A stretch of DNA of 64,000 nucleotides from Chiloscyllium plagiosum (Eukaryota), in the NCBI RefSeq assembly GCF_004010195.1, contig NC_057719.1:37500704-37564703 (forward strand), given 5' to 3'. Positions 1 through 13,394 of the stretch are shown here, piece after piece (position 1 is the first letter of the stretch; every line of letters starts with the position of its first letter). Under the pieces are notes generated by a model. It was not told the origin of the DNA, searched no databases, and was given only the letters and a program-made list of their open reading frames with translations. A program made the position numbers and the translations under genes.

Positions 1-887
1 GCTGGAAAATGGGAAGCCTTCAGAAATGATATAACAAGAATCCAGAGAAAGTATATTCCTGTCAGGGTGAAAGGAAAGGCTGGTAGGTATAGGGAATGTG
101 AGATGACTAAGCAATTCAGGGTTTGGTTAAGAAAATGAAGGAAGCATATGTCAGGTCTAGACAGGATAGATCAAGTGAATCCTTAGAAGAGTACAAAGGA
201 AGTAGGAGTATACTTAAGAGGGAAATCAGGAGGGCAAAAAGGGGACATGAGATAGCTTTGGCAAATAGAATTAAGGAGAATTCAAAGGGCTTTTAAAAAT
301 ATATTAAGGACAAAAGGGTAACTAGGGAGAGAATAGGGCCCCTCAAAGATCAGCAAGGTGGCCTTTGTGTGGAGCCACAGAAAATGGGGGAGATACTAAA
401 TGAATATTTTGCATCAGTATTTACTGTGGAAAAGGATATGGAAGAGATGGTGACATTTTGCAAAATGTCCAGATTACAGAGGAGGAAGTGCTGGATATCT
501 TGAAATGGGTAAAGGTGGATAAATCCACAGGATCTGATCAGTTGTACCCAAGAACTCTGTGGGAAGCTAGGGAAGTGATTGCTGGGCCTCTTGCTGAGAT
601 ATTTATATAATCTATAGTCACAAATGACGTGCCGGAAGACTGGAGGTTGGCAAACGTGGTGCCACTGTTTAAGAAGTGTGGTAAGGACAAGCCAGGGAAC
701 TATAGACCAGCAAGCCATTGTCAGTGGTGGGCAAGTTGTTGGATGGAATCGTGGGGGACAGGATGTACATGTATTTGGAAAGGCAAGGACTGATTAGGGA
801 TAGTCAACATGGCTTTGTGCGTGGGAAATCATGTCTCACAAACTTGATTGAGTTTTTTGAGGAAGTAACAAAGAGGATTGCTGAGGG
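1..887 (+). mobile_element. CR1-clade (HER1-like) LINE ORF2 fragment, linker to start of RT
   Basis: Translates to CR1 motifs GKDKPGNYRP and IRDSQHGFVRGKSCLTNLIEFFEEVTKRI, with frameshifts; breaks off abruptly at ~887. Confidence 0.93.
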
Positions 888-1905
888 CAATAGACAATAG
901 GTGCAGGAGTAGTCCATTCTGCCCTTCGAGCCTGCACCACTATTCATTTTGATCATGGCTGATCATCCTCAATTAGTATCCTGTTCCTGCCTTATCTCCA
1001 TAACCCTTGATTCCACTATCCTTGAGAGCGCTATCCAACTTTTTCTTGAACGAATCCAGAGACTGGGCCTCCACTGCCCTCTGGGGCAGAGCATTCCACA
1101 CAGCCACCACTCTCTGGGTGAAGAAGTTTCTCCTCATCTCTGTCCTAAATGGTCTACCCCGTATTTTTAAGCTGTGTCCTCTGGTTCTGGACTCACCCAT
1201 CAGCGGAAACATGTTTCCTGCCTCCAGAGTGTCCAATCCTTTAATAATCTTATATATCTAATCAGATACCCCGTCAGTCTTCTAAACTCAAGGGTATACA
1301 AGCCCAGTCACTCCAGTCTTTCAGTTTAAGTTAATTCCGCCATTCCAGGAATTGACCTTGTGAACCTACACTGCACTCCCTCAATAGCCAGAATGTCTTT
1401 CCTCAAATTTGGAGACCAGAACTGCACACAATACTCCAGGTGTGGTCTCACCAGGGCCCTATACAGCTGCAGAAGACCTCTTTGCTTCTATACTCAATCC
1501 CTCTTGTTATGAAGGCCAGCATGCTATTAGCCTTCTTCACTACCTGCTGTACCTGCATGCTTACCTTCATTGACTGGAAAACACCCAGATCTCTTTGTAC
1601 TGCCCATTTACCTAAATTGACTGCATTTAAGTAGTAATATGCCTTCCTGTTCTTTCTACCAAAGTGGATAACCATACATTTATCCACATTAAACTGCATC
1701 TGCCATGCATCTGACCACTCACCTAACTTGTCCAGGTCACCCTGAATCTCCTAACATCCTCCTCACATTTCACCCTGCCACCCAGCTGATGAAATTTGCG
1801 AATGTTATTGCTAATACCATCTTGTATATCCTGAAGATAGATTGTAAAAAGCTGCGGTCCCAGTACTGATCCGTGCGGTACCCCACTGGTCAGTGCCCGG
1901 CATTC
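888..1905 (-). mobile_element. CR1 LINE 3' fragment (different subfamily) with tail
   Basis: Minus ORFs MQFNVDKCMVIHFG and ESRTRGHSLKIRGRPFRTEMRRNFFTQRVV; short CTATTGT-type tail at ~888-900. Confidence 0.92.
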
Positions 1906-2011
1906 CGAAATGGAGGGGGGGAGGAGTGTGGAAGGATGAGAGAATGCAGGCTGCGCCCCTATGAAGCAGGGGGAGGGCTTGCAGTTGGCCTGTGTGGGGA
2001 TGTGGGAGACT

Positions 2012-2795
2012 ACAGTTTTGGGAAAGCAAATCTTAGCAGGACTTATACACTTAATGGTAAGGTCCTAGGGAGTGTTGCTGAACAAAGAGACCTTGGAGTG
2101 CAGCTTCATAACTCCTTGAAAGTGGAGTCGCAGGTAGATAGGATAGTGAAGAAGGCATTTGGTATGCATTCCTTTATTGGTCAGAGTATTGAATTCAAGA
2201 ATCGAGAGGTCATGTTGTGGCTGTACAGGACATTGGTTAGGCCACTGTTGAAATATTGCGTGCAATTCTGATCTCCTTCCTATTGGAAAGATGTTATGAA
2301 ACTTGAAAGGGTTCAGAAAAGATTTACAAGGATTCTGCCAGGGTTGGATGATATGAGTTATAGGGAGAGGCTGAACAGGCTGGGGCTGTTATCCTTGGAG
2401 CGTCGGAGGCTGAGGGGTGACCTTATAGAGGTTTCCAAAATTATGAGGGGCATGGGTAGGATAATTAGGCAAAGTCTTTTCCCTGGGGTTGGGGAGTCCA
2501 GAACTAGAGGGCATAGGTTTAGGGTGAGAGGGGAAAGATATAAAAGAGACCCATGGGGCAACTTTTTCACACAGAGGGTGGTACATGTATGGAATGAGCT
2601 GCCAGATGAAGTGGTGGAGGCTGGTACAATTGCAACATTTAAGAGGCATTTGGATGGCTACATGAACAGGAAGGGTTTGGAGGGATATGGGCCGACTGCT
2701 GGCAGGTAGGACTAGACTGGGTTGGGATATCAGGTTGGCATGGACGGGTTGGACCGAAGGATCTGTTTCCATGCTGTACATCTCTATGACTCTAT
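2012..2795 (+). mobile_element. CR1 LINE 3' end
   Basis: LERVQKRFTRILPG...RRRLRGDLIEV...FFTQRVV; ends in CTATGACT tail. Confidence 0.95.
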
Positions 2796-2809
2796 GAGAT
2801 ATGTAACAG

Positions 2810-5558
2810 GTGAGGGAGAGATGTGAAAAGGATTGTTGTAGTGGGAAATTTTAATTTTCCAAACTTTGACTGGGAATCCCTTAGGGCCAAGGACTTAGAT
2901 TGTGCATCGTGGTGAATTTCTTGAAACAGTTTGTAGATAGTCCAATGAGGGGAGGGGCCATGAGAGGATGTGTGTTTGGGAATGAGCCTGGCCAGTTGAT
3001 CAAAGTTTCAGTGCAGGAGCATTTTGGGGACAGTAAACATTATTTCGCAAGTTTTAAGATAGTTATGCATAAGGATAAACTGATCCTTGGGTGAAAATGC
3101 TCGATTGGGGGAAGGCTAATTACAGCAGTATTAGGCAGGAACTGGAGAAATTAGATTGGGGTAGCTGTCTGAGGGTAAATCACATCTGACATGTGGGGGA
3201 ATCTTTTAAAGGCCAGATGATTAGATTTCAGGACCAGCATGTTCCTGTCATAATGAAAGTTAAGGAAGCCCTGGATGACAAGAGATATTGAACGTTTCAT
3301 CAAAAAGGAAAAGGACACATTATGTAAGGTTAAGGAAAGTGAAAATATAAAGGAAGCTGAAAAGCAGAAAAGAATGTCAACAAGAAATTAGGAGGGCCCG
3401 ATGAGGCCACAAAATGTCCTTTGCAAGTAGGATTTAGGAGAATCCCAAGGCATTTTCTACAAATAGTATGATCAAAATGGTAACAAGGGAAATGGTAGGC
3501 CCACTCAAGGACATGGGAGGGAATTTATTCATATAGCCAGCGGAATGGATGAGGTCACCTTAATGAATATTTTGCATCAGTACTCACTAAAGTGAAAACC
3601 ATGGATGATGGTACCATTAGTGGGGGGAGTATGGAACATTCTTTCTTCCATGGGGAGGTGATGGCGATGGGTGGCTTGAAAAACATTAGGGTAGATAAGT
3701 CCCCAGAGTCTGATAGGATCTATTCTGGGATATTGAAGGAGGCAAGGGAGGAGATTGCTGGGCCTTCTCAGAAATCTTTGTATCTTCTTTAGCCACTGGC
3801 GAGGTCCCAGAAGACTGGAGAATAGCCAATATTGTTCATTTGTTTAAAAAGGGGAACAGGGATAATCCAGGAAATTATAGGCCAGTGAGCCTTACATCAA
3901 TGATAGGGGAATTCCATAGAATCCCTACAATGTGGAAACAGACCATTCAGCCCAAAAAGTCCACACTGACCCTCCAAAAAGCATCCCGCTCAGGCCCATC
4001 CCCCTACCTTTTCCCTATAGTCCTACATTTCCCATGGTTAACACACCAAACCTACACATCCCTGAATAAAATGGGCAATTGTAGCATGGCTAATTCACTT
4101 AATTTACTTATCTTTGGACTATGGGAGGAAACACAGAAATCCATGCAGACACTGCGAGAACATGCAAACTCCACACAGACCATGAGTGGAATCAAACCTG
4201 GGTCCCTGTGAGGCAACAGTACTCACCACTGAGCCACCATGACACCATAAAATTATTGGAGGAGGACATGATTTACTCACATTTGGAAAAGGATGGATTT
4301 ATTAGGGAGAGTCAGCATGGCTTTATGCAGGGGAAGCTTTGTCTCAAACATGATTGAGATTTTTGAAGATTTGACAAAGGTGATTGATGAAGTTAGGGCA
4401 GCGGATGTTGTTTACATGGACTTTACTAAAGCATTTGACAAGGCCCCCCCATGGTAGACTGGCTCAGATGTTTAAGTTGCATGGGATCCATATGAAGTTG
4501 GCAAATTGGGTACAAAATTAGCATCGCCATAGAAGATGATAGTTAGTTGTGAGGGTTGTTTTTCTGACTGGCAGTCTGTCAACAGTAATGTCGTGTTAGG
4601 ATCAGTGCTGGGACCTCTGTTGTTTATAATTTATATAAATGATTTGGATGAAATTTTAGGTTGTCTGATTAGTAAGTTTGAAGACAACAAAAATTAATGC
4701 AGTTGTGGATAGTGAGGAAGGTTATCAAAGAATACAGCAGGGTATAGTTGGAAAGTTGGGCGGAAAAATGGCAAATGGATTTAATCTGGATAAGTGTGAG
4801 GTGATGTATTTTGAGAGGTTGAAAAGAATACAATAAATTGTAGGACTCTTAGGAGTACTGATATACAAAGGGATCTTGGGGTGTGAGTCCATAGCTCCTT
4901 GAAAGTGGCAAAAGAGAGAATAAGGTGGTAAAGGAGGCTTACAGCACATTTGCCTTCATCAACCAGGACATTGAATGTAAAAGTTGGCGACTCATATTGC
5001 CGCTGTATATAAAAAAAAATTTTAGTTGGATCACACTTGGAGTTCTGTTTGCAGTTCTGGTCACTTCACTCCAGGAAGGATGCGGAGGCTTTAGAAATGG
5101 TACAAAAGAGATTTAGCAGGATGTTGTCTGGATTTGAGTGTATTTGCTATAAAAAATGGTTGGACAAACTTGGATTGTTTTCACCAGAGCATCAGAGGCT
5201 GAGGGGCAACCAGATAGAAACATATAAAATAATGAGAGACGTGGATCAGATTGATAGTCTTATCCTAGGGTAGAAATGTAAAATACTAAGGGCATGGGTT
5301 TAAGGTGAGAGGAGAGAAGTTCAAAGGAGTTTAAAGTTTACAGAGATGCTGGATGTTACTTGGAGGTGGTAAAAGTAGATATATTAGCATAGTTTAAGAG
5401 ATGTTTAGACAGACAAAAATGGGCAGGGAATAGAGGGATATGTACCATATGCAGGCTGATGGGATTAGTTTAAAATGGTGTAATGGTCATCACAGACATG
5501 ATGGGCTGAACGGGCTTGATCCTGTGCTGTTCTGTCCGATATATCAATGTATCTATGC
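2810..5558 (+). mobile_element. Long decayed CR1 ORF2 (endonuclease end, RT, 3' UTR), interrupted by a SINE
   Basis: Remnants of GNFNFP, FKKGNRDNPGNYRPVSLTS, ESQHGF and QKRFSRML in order, with many stops and frameshifts. Confidence 0.92.
3915..4246 (-). mobile_element. HE1/V-SINE-like tRNA-derived SINE nested in CR1
   Basis: Reverse complement of the SINE at 11659 (head GGTGGCTCAGTGG, core, CR1-like tail); splits the CR1 after RPVSLTS. Confidence 0.88.
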
Positions 5559-5573
5559 CTGCAATTAACTTAC

Positions 5574-5597
5574 AATCTTGGAATTCAGCTACCCAGA
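5574..5597 (-). CDS. Candidate 24-nt phase 1-1 microexon (xWVAEFQDx)
   Basis: Acceptor TGTTTCTCTTTTTAG, donor GTAAGT; only one frame is open and it continues the 6205-6160 frame; no homology recognised. Confidence 0.4.
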
Positions 5598-6159
5598 CTA
5601 AAAAGAGAAACAATCAAAACATCCAACAGAATGGAGTCAAGAACATAATCAAGGTGAAACAGTGAATAAACTACAGTGCTCTGATGGGATTATATATGAT
5701 TAGGTGTCTAATTACAATCATCTAGAAACAAGGGAGACACTCTAACAATGGGGCAGTGAAAAGAGGAAATCTTCTCATTCTGGTTCAGATAAAATATTAT
5801 TGACCTGAAACTTTGATAGGTTTTGCTCTCTACAGATGAGTATTTGCAGTATTTTCTGCTAGATTTCAGATCTCCAGTGCTGCATTTTGTTTTGTGTTAA
5901 ATCAAAGATGTTCTATTTTTAAACTGAGAGCAATCAAAGCGGACATTCAGGAAATGCACTGAAGTTGCACACCCAGAAGCATTTGAAACGTCTGGATGAA
6001 GGAACTAAGATGCATCTAATGATCTTTGTAACCTTTATTTATCTTGGAAGCCACAGGTCTTTTCCTAAATACTGAAACTCAACTTATTAATAATTATCAT
6101 CCAACTTTTCTGTTCCTACACCATATCCTTAATATGCAGAGCTAATTTTATGAACTTAC

Positions 6160-6205
6160 AAATCAAGCAAACCAGCTTAGAATACAAATCACCATCAAAA
6201 CACAT
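6160..6205 (-). CDS. Candidate first coding (leader-like) part of a 64-nt exon at 6223-6160: MCFDGDLYSKLVCLI
   Basis: Acceptor TTTTTTCCTAATTATAG, donor GTAAGT; ATG directly after an in-frame TAG; 46 coding nt ending in phase 1; weak Kozak context. Confidence 0.38.
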
Positions 6206-6904
6206 CTACCAGTAATTCAGCTTCTATAATTAGGAAAAAAGTGGATCACCTACATTCTAATTCCTTTTAAATTGAGTGTTTTATAATACAAGTAACATCA
6301 AAGCTGAGATGTAGTGCATCAAAGAACACTTTCAATTGAAAGGGCATATGTTTAACTATTCCAGATTAATGCAGGTAGTTGAGATACATTAATAAGTATT
6401 TTAAATAGGCAAGATCACCAAATGTTACACCTTCTCAGGAAGTGAAATGGAGATCAGTATCTGCCCAGGCTCTGAATAACATGGTTCAAGGTGAAAAATG
6501 TTGGTGAATCACATGAGAAGTTCAGCAAGGCCTTTCTTAATGTCAGGAACAACAAGCTATATTTTCCAATGGAGTTCTGGGTATACCAATAAGAATGAGG
6601 GGAGTGGTGAGAGACCTACTAATGAGGATTACTACTCATTATCACCTTCATTGCTACCTAATCTCACCTCATGAATATGCAGGTTCCCATTCAAACACCC
6701 ACTGGATAGAAACTAAATGGCTGCAATTCCAGACATGAAAACCAGAGCAGATACCTGGCACTTGCAGCTCTCCACTTGCTCTTCCCAACCTCTACCTTGG
6801 ATACCTGGCAACAAAATCCCAGTGTACACTCCATGGACAGCAACCACACACAGCCCACATCCATTAATGTTGGCATCCGACACATGCATATATCCAAGGA
6901 TTTA

Positions 6905-7256
6905 TATGAGAGTCATGGAATCCCTTCAGTGTGGAAATAGGCCATTTGGCCCAACAAGTCCACACAGACCCTCTGAAGAGTAACCCACACAGACCCATTC
7001 CCCTACCTTATTACTCTACATTCACCCCTGACTAATGCACCTAACCTACACATCCCTGAACACTATGAGCGATTTAGCATGGTCAATTCACTTGACCTGC
7101 ACAGGTTTGAATTGTGGGAGAAAATCAGAGCACCCAGAGGAAACCTACACAGATACAGGGAGAATGTGCAATCTCCACACAGTTGCCCGAGGCTGGAATC
7201 AAACCCAGGTCTGTGCACTGGGAGGCAGCAGTGCTAACCACTGAGCCACCATGCCA
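6905..7256 (-). mobile_element. HE1/V-SINE-like SINE
   Basis: Same head, core and tail as the 11659 and 22284 copies, reverse orientation. Confidence 0.9.
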
Positions 7257-7414
7257 CTCCTTTTGCACTTTCTGCTCCCTGGCACTTCCCGTTGTAATTG
7301 CTGATAGGGACAAGCACTCAGTTCACGGATTGGCTCAGGCTACATCTTGGATCTGCTCACTTGCTCTCTTAGTTCTCCCTCACTTAGCACCTTCCTGGAT
7401 TTTCACAGCACATT

Positions 7415-8560
7415 TTTTTTCATTCAATGCATGTGGGTGTCTCTGACTATGCTGGCATTTATTGCCTATCCCTAGTTGCCCTTGGAAGGTGGTGGTGAGC
7501 TGCCTTCTTGACCTTGAAAGAAATGAACTGAAACCTACATTTCATTCTACAAGATGGAAGACTTAACAGCAATCTAGGTTTGTTCAATATATTGTATCAG
7601 TTGCATGCATGACACTGTGATCTTTTGTGTGATTCTGTGTTTTATGATCCTGCTCCACAGATACCTGATGAAGGAGCAGTGCTCCGAAAGCTGGTACTTC
7701 CAAATAAATCTTTTGGACTATCACCTAGTGTTGTGTGATTTTAAACTTCTTGAACTGCTGAAGTCCATTTGCTGTAAGTAAACCCACAATGCCTTTAGGG
7801 AGGGAGTTCCAGGATTTCGACCCAGTGACAGTGAAGGAATGCTGATATATTTCCAAATCAGGATTGTGAGTGGCTTGAGAAAGGAACTAGCTGGTGGTTT
7901 TGTTCCCACGTATTTGCTGCCCTTGTTTCTCTAGATAGTCGTGGTGATGTGTTTGGTAGGTGCTGTCCGAGGAGCCTTGGTGAATTTCTGCAGTGCATGT
8001 TGTAGATAATGCACACTGCCACTGATGAGCATCAGTGATGAAGGCAGTGAACGTTTGTTGATGTGGTGCCAATCAAGTTGGCTATTTGTCCTGGATGGTG
8101 TTCAGCTTCTTGAGTGTTGATGGAACTACACTCATCCAGACAATTGGGGAGTTTTCCATCACGCTCTTGACTTTTGCCTTGTACTTGGCAGACAGGCTTT
8201 GGGGAGTCAGGAAGCAAGTTACTCACTGCAATATTCCAAATCAATGACCTGCTCTTGTGGCTACAATATTTATATGGCAGTCCAGTGCTGTTTCTGGTCA
8301 ATGCTAAATTCCAAGGATGTTGATAGTGGGTGTTTCACTGCTGGTGATATCATTGAATGACAAGGGTCATGTCTAGTTCTCTCTTGACATTGTGCAGCAC
8401 AAATGATACTTGTCACTTGTCAGCCCAAGCGTGGATATTGTAACTGAGATGTCACAAATGATGCTGAACATTGTGCAATCGGCAGGGAAAATCCCAACTT
8501 CTGACGTCATGAAGGAGGGGAGGTCATTGATGAAGCAGCTGAAAATTGTTGGGTCAAAGC
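7415..8560 (-). mobile_element. L2/CR1-group LINE 3' fragment (RT to tail), interrupted by a PLE piece
   Basis: Minus translation PTIFSCFINDLPSFMTSEVGIFPADCTMF (decayed FADD motif); tail shared with 22750-23095, 45440-45680 and the SINE at 62360. Confidence 0.82.
7512..7745 (+). mobile_element. Penelope-like element terminus (family B) with hammerhead-like core
   Basis: Similar to 42885-43280 and 55735-55866; CTGATGA-A-GGAGC-AGT-GCTCC-GAAA-GCTG at 7665-7693; flanked by CTTCTTGA at 7504-7511 and 7746-7753. Confidence 0.8.
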
Positions 8561-11500
8561 CTTTCTCAAAGCAGGAGCAACAAGTCATGGTTTCCCACTG
8601 AATTCTGGATGTAAAGAAATGATTCTTACCCATGAGCAGCAAGAAGCCTGTGAAGGGGATCCTTGCTATTTAATCTCACCTTAAGCAACACCTGCTGGAT
8701 AGAAAGTAAATGCTGAGTATTTACAGAGCAGGTAGCTGGATCTGGAATCCTCAACTACTGCCTGGGCTTGCCTTTTAGTGCAGACAGAAAGCCAGACAGC
8801 ATGTCATGTTGTCAGCAGTGATCAGTCAAGAGGTCGGTCAAGCTATAGCATGTGCCAGCAGAGTATGTGGAAAACACACTGCATGTGCTCGAATCAAATA
8901 GCCTTCTCTTACTATCAAAGGAGAGCTGTTCTCAGTCAAGTGACTAGTCAACCTCATTCAGGGATTTCCATCACAGTACATCAAGGGCAGCCTCCGATTT
9001 CAGTCCAGTGGATTGAGCACAGACACTTTACTAGTTGGGCAAGTCAAGCATGGATTCCTCTCCTCAAACTGAGGGAAGGAGTCAAAGAACACCAGGCTTA
9101 GTTCTTGTTGCCCTATTGTGGGCTGTTTTCTCCTAGTATTTTGGAAAGGGGGGAATTGAGTGAAAATAGGTGGTAAGGATGTTAGTGCCAGTGCAGATGT
9201 GCACAAAGGGAGTGAGGCATCTTGAGTGAGTGAGTAGGCAGCGCAGAGGTCAGTCAGAGATCTTGGGGTAGGGAAGATTGGATGGGGTAAGAGCGAGTGA
9301 GGGAAGATACTACATGGAATTGAGAGTGTGTTGAAATGTGAGCTTTGGTGGGGAGTGTGTGCAGTAACAGTGAAGTTGATGGCACTCACTCTGGCAGAAC
9401 AGAGAAGGCCTTAATGCTCTTTCTATACTGTTGGGCATATCTGCAGTTTGTGGCGATCACAATGACCCACCGGTGACCAGACTGGCAGGGTCTGATGGCA
9501 TGGCTTATTCTGCTATTCCTATGGGAAATTGGCATCCCTTTTCTGTACAACCCTATCCATCCCTTCAGGTCCATCTGGGTGAACTAAGCTGCCTATTTAC
9601 CCTTATCTGTCACCTCTGGGGCAAATGTCAGGAACTGTGTAGGACAGCTCTGGATAGTGATTGGCTGGGTGCACTATGGCCTTTTAAAGATTGCACCACT
9701 TCCAGGAATGCTGGTATACCCTGGAATATCTCAGTAATGAGCATTCTTCTAGATAGTGAGTGGGAGAATTGGTCTAGCATCAGACAAGAGGAGGGCATAG
9801 GGGTGGGCAGATAGTTATGAGGTCAATTCGGGATGACAATGCAAGAAAGTTCACGAGGCCTGATAGAGACACCCTCCACAAAACTCATCAAAAACTACAC
9901 TTTGTTAAAATATGGTAAGCCCCATAAATTCTTGACTAATTAAAGGCCATGTATTACCTTAGATACTTTAGATACTCACTGCCAATTTGTCTCTAAATTT
10001 ACATTCTCTTTCCATTGTATATAACACAGCTCCATAAATTTGATTGACCCACAATGATGTTTGAAACATCAGAAACGTCTATTTGTAAGATGGTGTGTGA
10101 GAAGACCGTTCTTTTAAGTAAACCTGTTCCAATGTTGATAGGTTCTTAGCCACGTGAAACTGCCTGGATGGACTCAGATCAATTCTCTCATTTCTTCGCT
10201 GATCCATGCTGGACTCACAGTGAAACCATTGATCACGTTAGTTTATACTCTTGAGGTTCACGACATTGAAAAAGCAATTAATAATTCTTCATTTGTCTAA
10301 CCAATTTCTAAGAATCATATTAAATCACAGTGTAACAAGCTTCCAATTCTCTAATCTAAAGTGATTACACAATTACTCACAACTTCAGGTGAGGATGTGA
10401 GGTGGTTTCAGAATGGTACCACAAACAGGTGGTGTTTTAATCCTTCCCGCCTAGCAGAAACTCGGAGGGTGGGTGGTTAAAATGACAAAGTGGATTCACC
10501 TATTGACAACCTCCACTTTTCTCCATAGTCTTCATTTTTGACAGACAGGAAGGGCCTTCTGTTTCTTAATCCTTTTAACTTCACATTTTCCTTATCTACA
10601 TAAACTTAACTTAAAACGTTTGGGCTTAACTTTTCAGGTCAGAGTGACTGTTCATTAGACTACCATGGAATTACTATGAACTTTTTCCTGTGACCCTGTG
10701 GTAAGCAGGAATCTATTGCTGTATTCCTGTCATGTATCTGGGACACAAGTAAATAGACCGAGCAACAGCATGTTTCCTCGTCAATCAGACTGAAGAATCC
10801 TTACCAAGGCATGCAGAGTCTGAATCACAAACTAGAAGTAGAATATTTAATTTGAACTCAGATCATGCACAAAAAGTGAAATCCAGAGTGAAAGAAAGAT
10901 GGGAATCAAAGGCAAATAAATTAAAGAAACATTAAGTAGATATTTAAAATATAAATGTAAGTATTAAATTTAACAAATTTAATAATACTTAAAATTTGAA
11001 GGAATGAGACTCAAGACTTACAGAAATTAATTTTTAGTGCGAAAGGGGCCCTTAAGTGATTCAGACAAATTACACTGCTAAACATATATGTTTAGAATAG
11101 GCAAAACCTACCAGAATGATAGAGATTTACAGCACAGCAAGAGCCGTGCTGGCCTATCATGTTAGAACTGTCATCAGCTGTAGTCCCATTTCCCAGCATT
11201 TGGCCCATAGTCCTGTATATTATGGTGTTTTAAACGTTTATCTAAATACTCTTTGAACGTTATGATGGTTCCCATCTTTACCATCCTCTCAGGCACTGAG
11301 TTCCATCCACCCTTTGGGTGAAAAACTTCTTCCTTAAAAGTCCTCTAAACCATCTGTGCTTTGCCTTAAATCTATGTTCACTAATTATTGACTCCACTAC
11401 AAAGGAGGAAAGTTTCTTTCTATCTAACCTATCTATCCCTCTTATAACTTTATAAACCTCAATCAGGTCCCTTCTCAGACTTCTCTGTTCCAAGCAATAC

Positions 11501-11658
11501 AACACCAGCCTATTGAGTCTCTCTTCATATAGGAATTGCTCCAGCACAGCAAATTTCTGGCCAATCTTTTCTGCAGCCCCTCCAGTGCAATCATATCCTT
11601 CCTAGAGTGTGTTGACCAAAACTTCACACTGTACCCCAGCTGTAGCCTAACAATTTAT

Positions 11659-11995
11659 GGGCGGTACAGTGGCTCAGTGGTTGGCACTGCTGCCTCACAG
11701 CATCAGGGCCCCGGGTTCAACTTCTGCCTCGGGCTACTGTCTGTGTGGAGTTTGGACATTCTCCCCGTGTCTGCGTGGGTTTCCTCCGGGTGCTCCGGTT
11801 TCCTCCCACAGTCCAAAGATGTGCAGGTCAGGTGGATTGGCCATGCTAAATTGCCCATAGTGTTAGGTGCATTAGTCAGGGGTTAACATAGGATAAAGGA
11901 ATGGGTCCGGGTGAGTTACTCTTCAGTGGGTTGGTGTGGACTTGTTGGGCTGAAGGGCCTGTTTCCATACTGTAGAGAATCTAATCTAATCTAGT
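11659..11995 (+). mobile_element. HE1/V-SINE-like tRNA-derived SINE, full length
   Basis: Pol III A box TGGCTCAGTGG at 11670-11680, B box GGTTCAAC at 11714-11721, core GTGTGGAGTTTG...GGTTTCCTCCGGGTGCTCCGGTTTCCTCCCACAGTCCAAAGA, (AATCT)n tail. Confidence 0.93.
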
Positions 11996-12042
11996 CTGAT
12001 ATATACAGCTCCAACACAACCTCCCTACTCCTGTATTCAATA

Positions 12043-12372
12043 GGAACTCGGATTTCACCAGTTTCCTCATTTCCCCTCCCCCCACCCTGTCTCAGTCAAA
12101 TCCATCAAATTCAGCACCGCCTTCCTAACCTGAGATCTTCTTCCCGACCTCTCCGCCCCCACCCCAGTCTGACCTATCACCCTCACCTTGACCTCTTTCC
12201 ACCTATCACATTTCCGACGCCCCTCCCCCAAGTCCCTCCTCCCTACCTTTTATCTTAGCCTGCAGGACAAACTTTCCTCATTCCTGAAGAAGGGCTTATG
12301 CCCGAAAAGTCGATTCTCCTGTTCCCTGGATGCTGCCTGACCTGCTGCGCTTTTCCAGCAACACATTTCCAG
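12043..12372 (+). mobile_element. Penelope-like element 3' fragment (family A) with hammerhead-like core
   Basis: End of the endonuclease ORF, pyrimidine-rich tract, CTGAAGA-A-GGGC-TTAT-GCCC-GAAA-AGTC at 12284-12311; 14-bp direct repeat TCCTGTATTCAATA at 12029-12042 and 12373-12386. Confidence 0.85.
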
Positions 12373-13394
12373 TCCTGTATTCAATACCTTGACTAATAAA
12401 AGCAAGTGTCCTAAATGCCTTTGTAACCACCTATCCCGCTACCTTCAAGGATCTATGGACATGCATACCAAGGTCCCACTAATAGTTCATACCTCCTGGG
12501 GCCTACCATTCATCATGTACTCCCTTGCCTTATTAATACTCACAAAATGCACTCACACTTTCAGGATTAAATTAAATTTGCCACAGTTCCGGCGTCTGAC
12601 CATCTGTGTATATTGTCCTGTGGTATTTGGTATAACTCCTATCTATACTGCACACCACCAATTATTCTGTCATTTGTGAACTTACTGATCAAACATACGA
12701 TATGATTTCTAGATTTTTCATGTATACTACAAGCAGCAGTACCCAAGACTTCACCCTGGTGTATGCCACTGGTCACAGGCTTCCAATCACAAAAACAGTC
12801 TTGAATCATCAACCTTTGCCTCCTGCCACTAATCCAATTTTAGATCCAATTTGTCAAATGGACTTTTATTAATCAGTCTCCCATGTGAGATCTTGTCAAA
12901 GCCTCCCATTCCACTATCCTCACCCACACACCTAGTCACCTCCTCAAAAAACTCTATGAAATCTAGTACACGATCTCCCTCTGACAAAGCCATGTTGACT
13001 GTTTTTGATTAACCCGTGCCTCTCCAAATGGAGATTAATTCTTTATCTCAGAAATTGTTACAAAAAGTTCCCAAACCAAAGATGTACAAGTGTTTATGTA
13101 ACATATATTATTGGAAAATTACCACATAAGCCCACAACCTTGTTCATGTATTTCAAAATGGTACTCTTGTCAAGGTACCAGTGTGGTGAAGCTTCTCAAG
13201 GAGCCTGGCAACTCTGAAAGCAACAGCAATGTCCAGATTTCCAAATTTAACACTGTGGATATAAGAGTTGCAAATTACTGATTTAATTCTGAATAATTTT
13301 GAGCACTGAGAGCCTCAATGATATTTTTATTACAAAATCAGGGCTACTATTATTTTAAGGTGCATTTTAAGCTTACCTGCCGCATGAAGTAGGT

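Larger units (their letters stand above)
11115..13075 (-). mobile_element. Decayed CR1 LINE carrying nested SINE and PLE insertions
   Basis: Minus ORF EERLNRLVLYCLEQRSLRRDLIEVYKVIRG; RT remnants continue to ~13075. Confidence 0.88.

Noticed and set aside
8630..8647. 18-nt minus-strand microexon-like segment (CAG..GTAAGA)
   Set aside because: Short pyrimidine tract and no partner exon; it shows that such patterns can arise by chance
11659..11730. tRNA-like A/B boxes
   Set aside because: SINE heads, not functional tRNA genes
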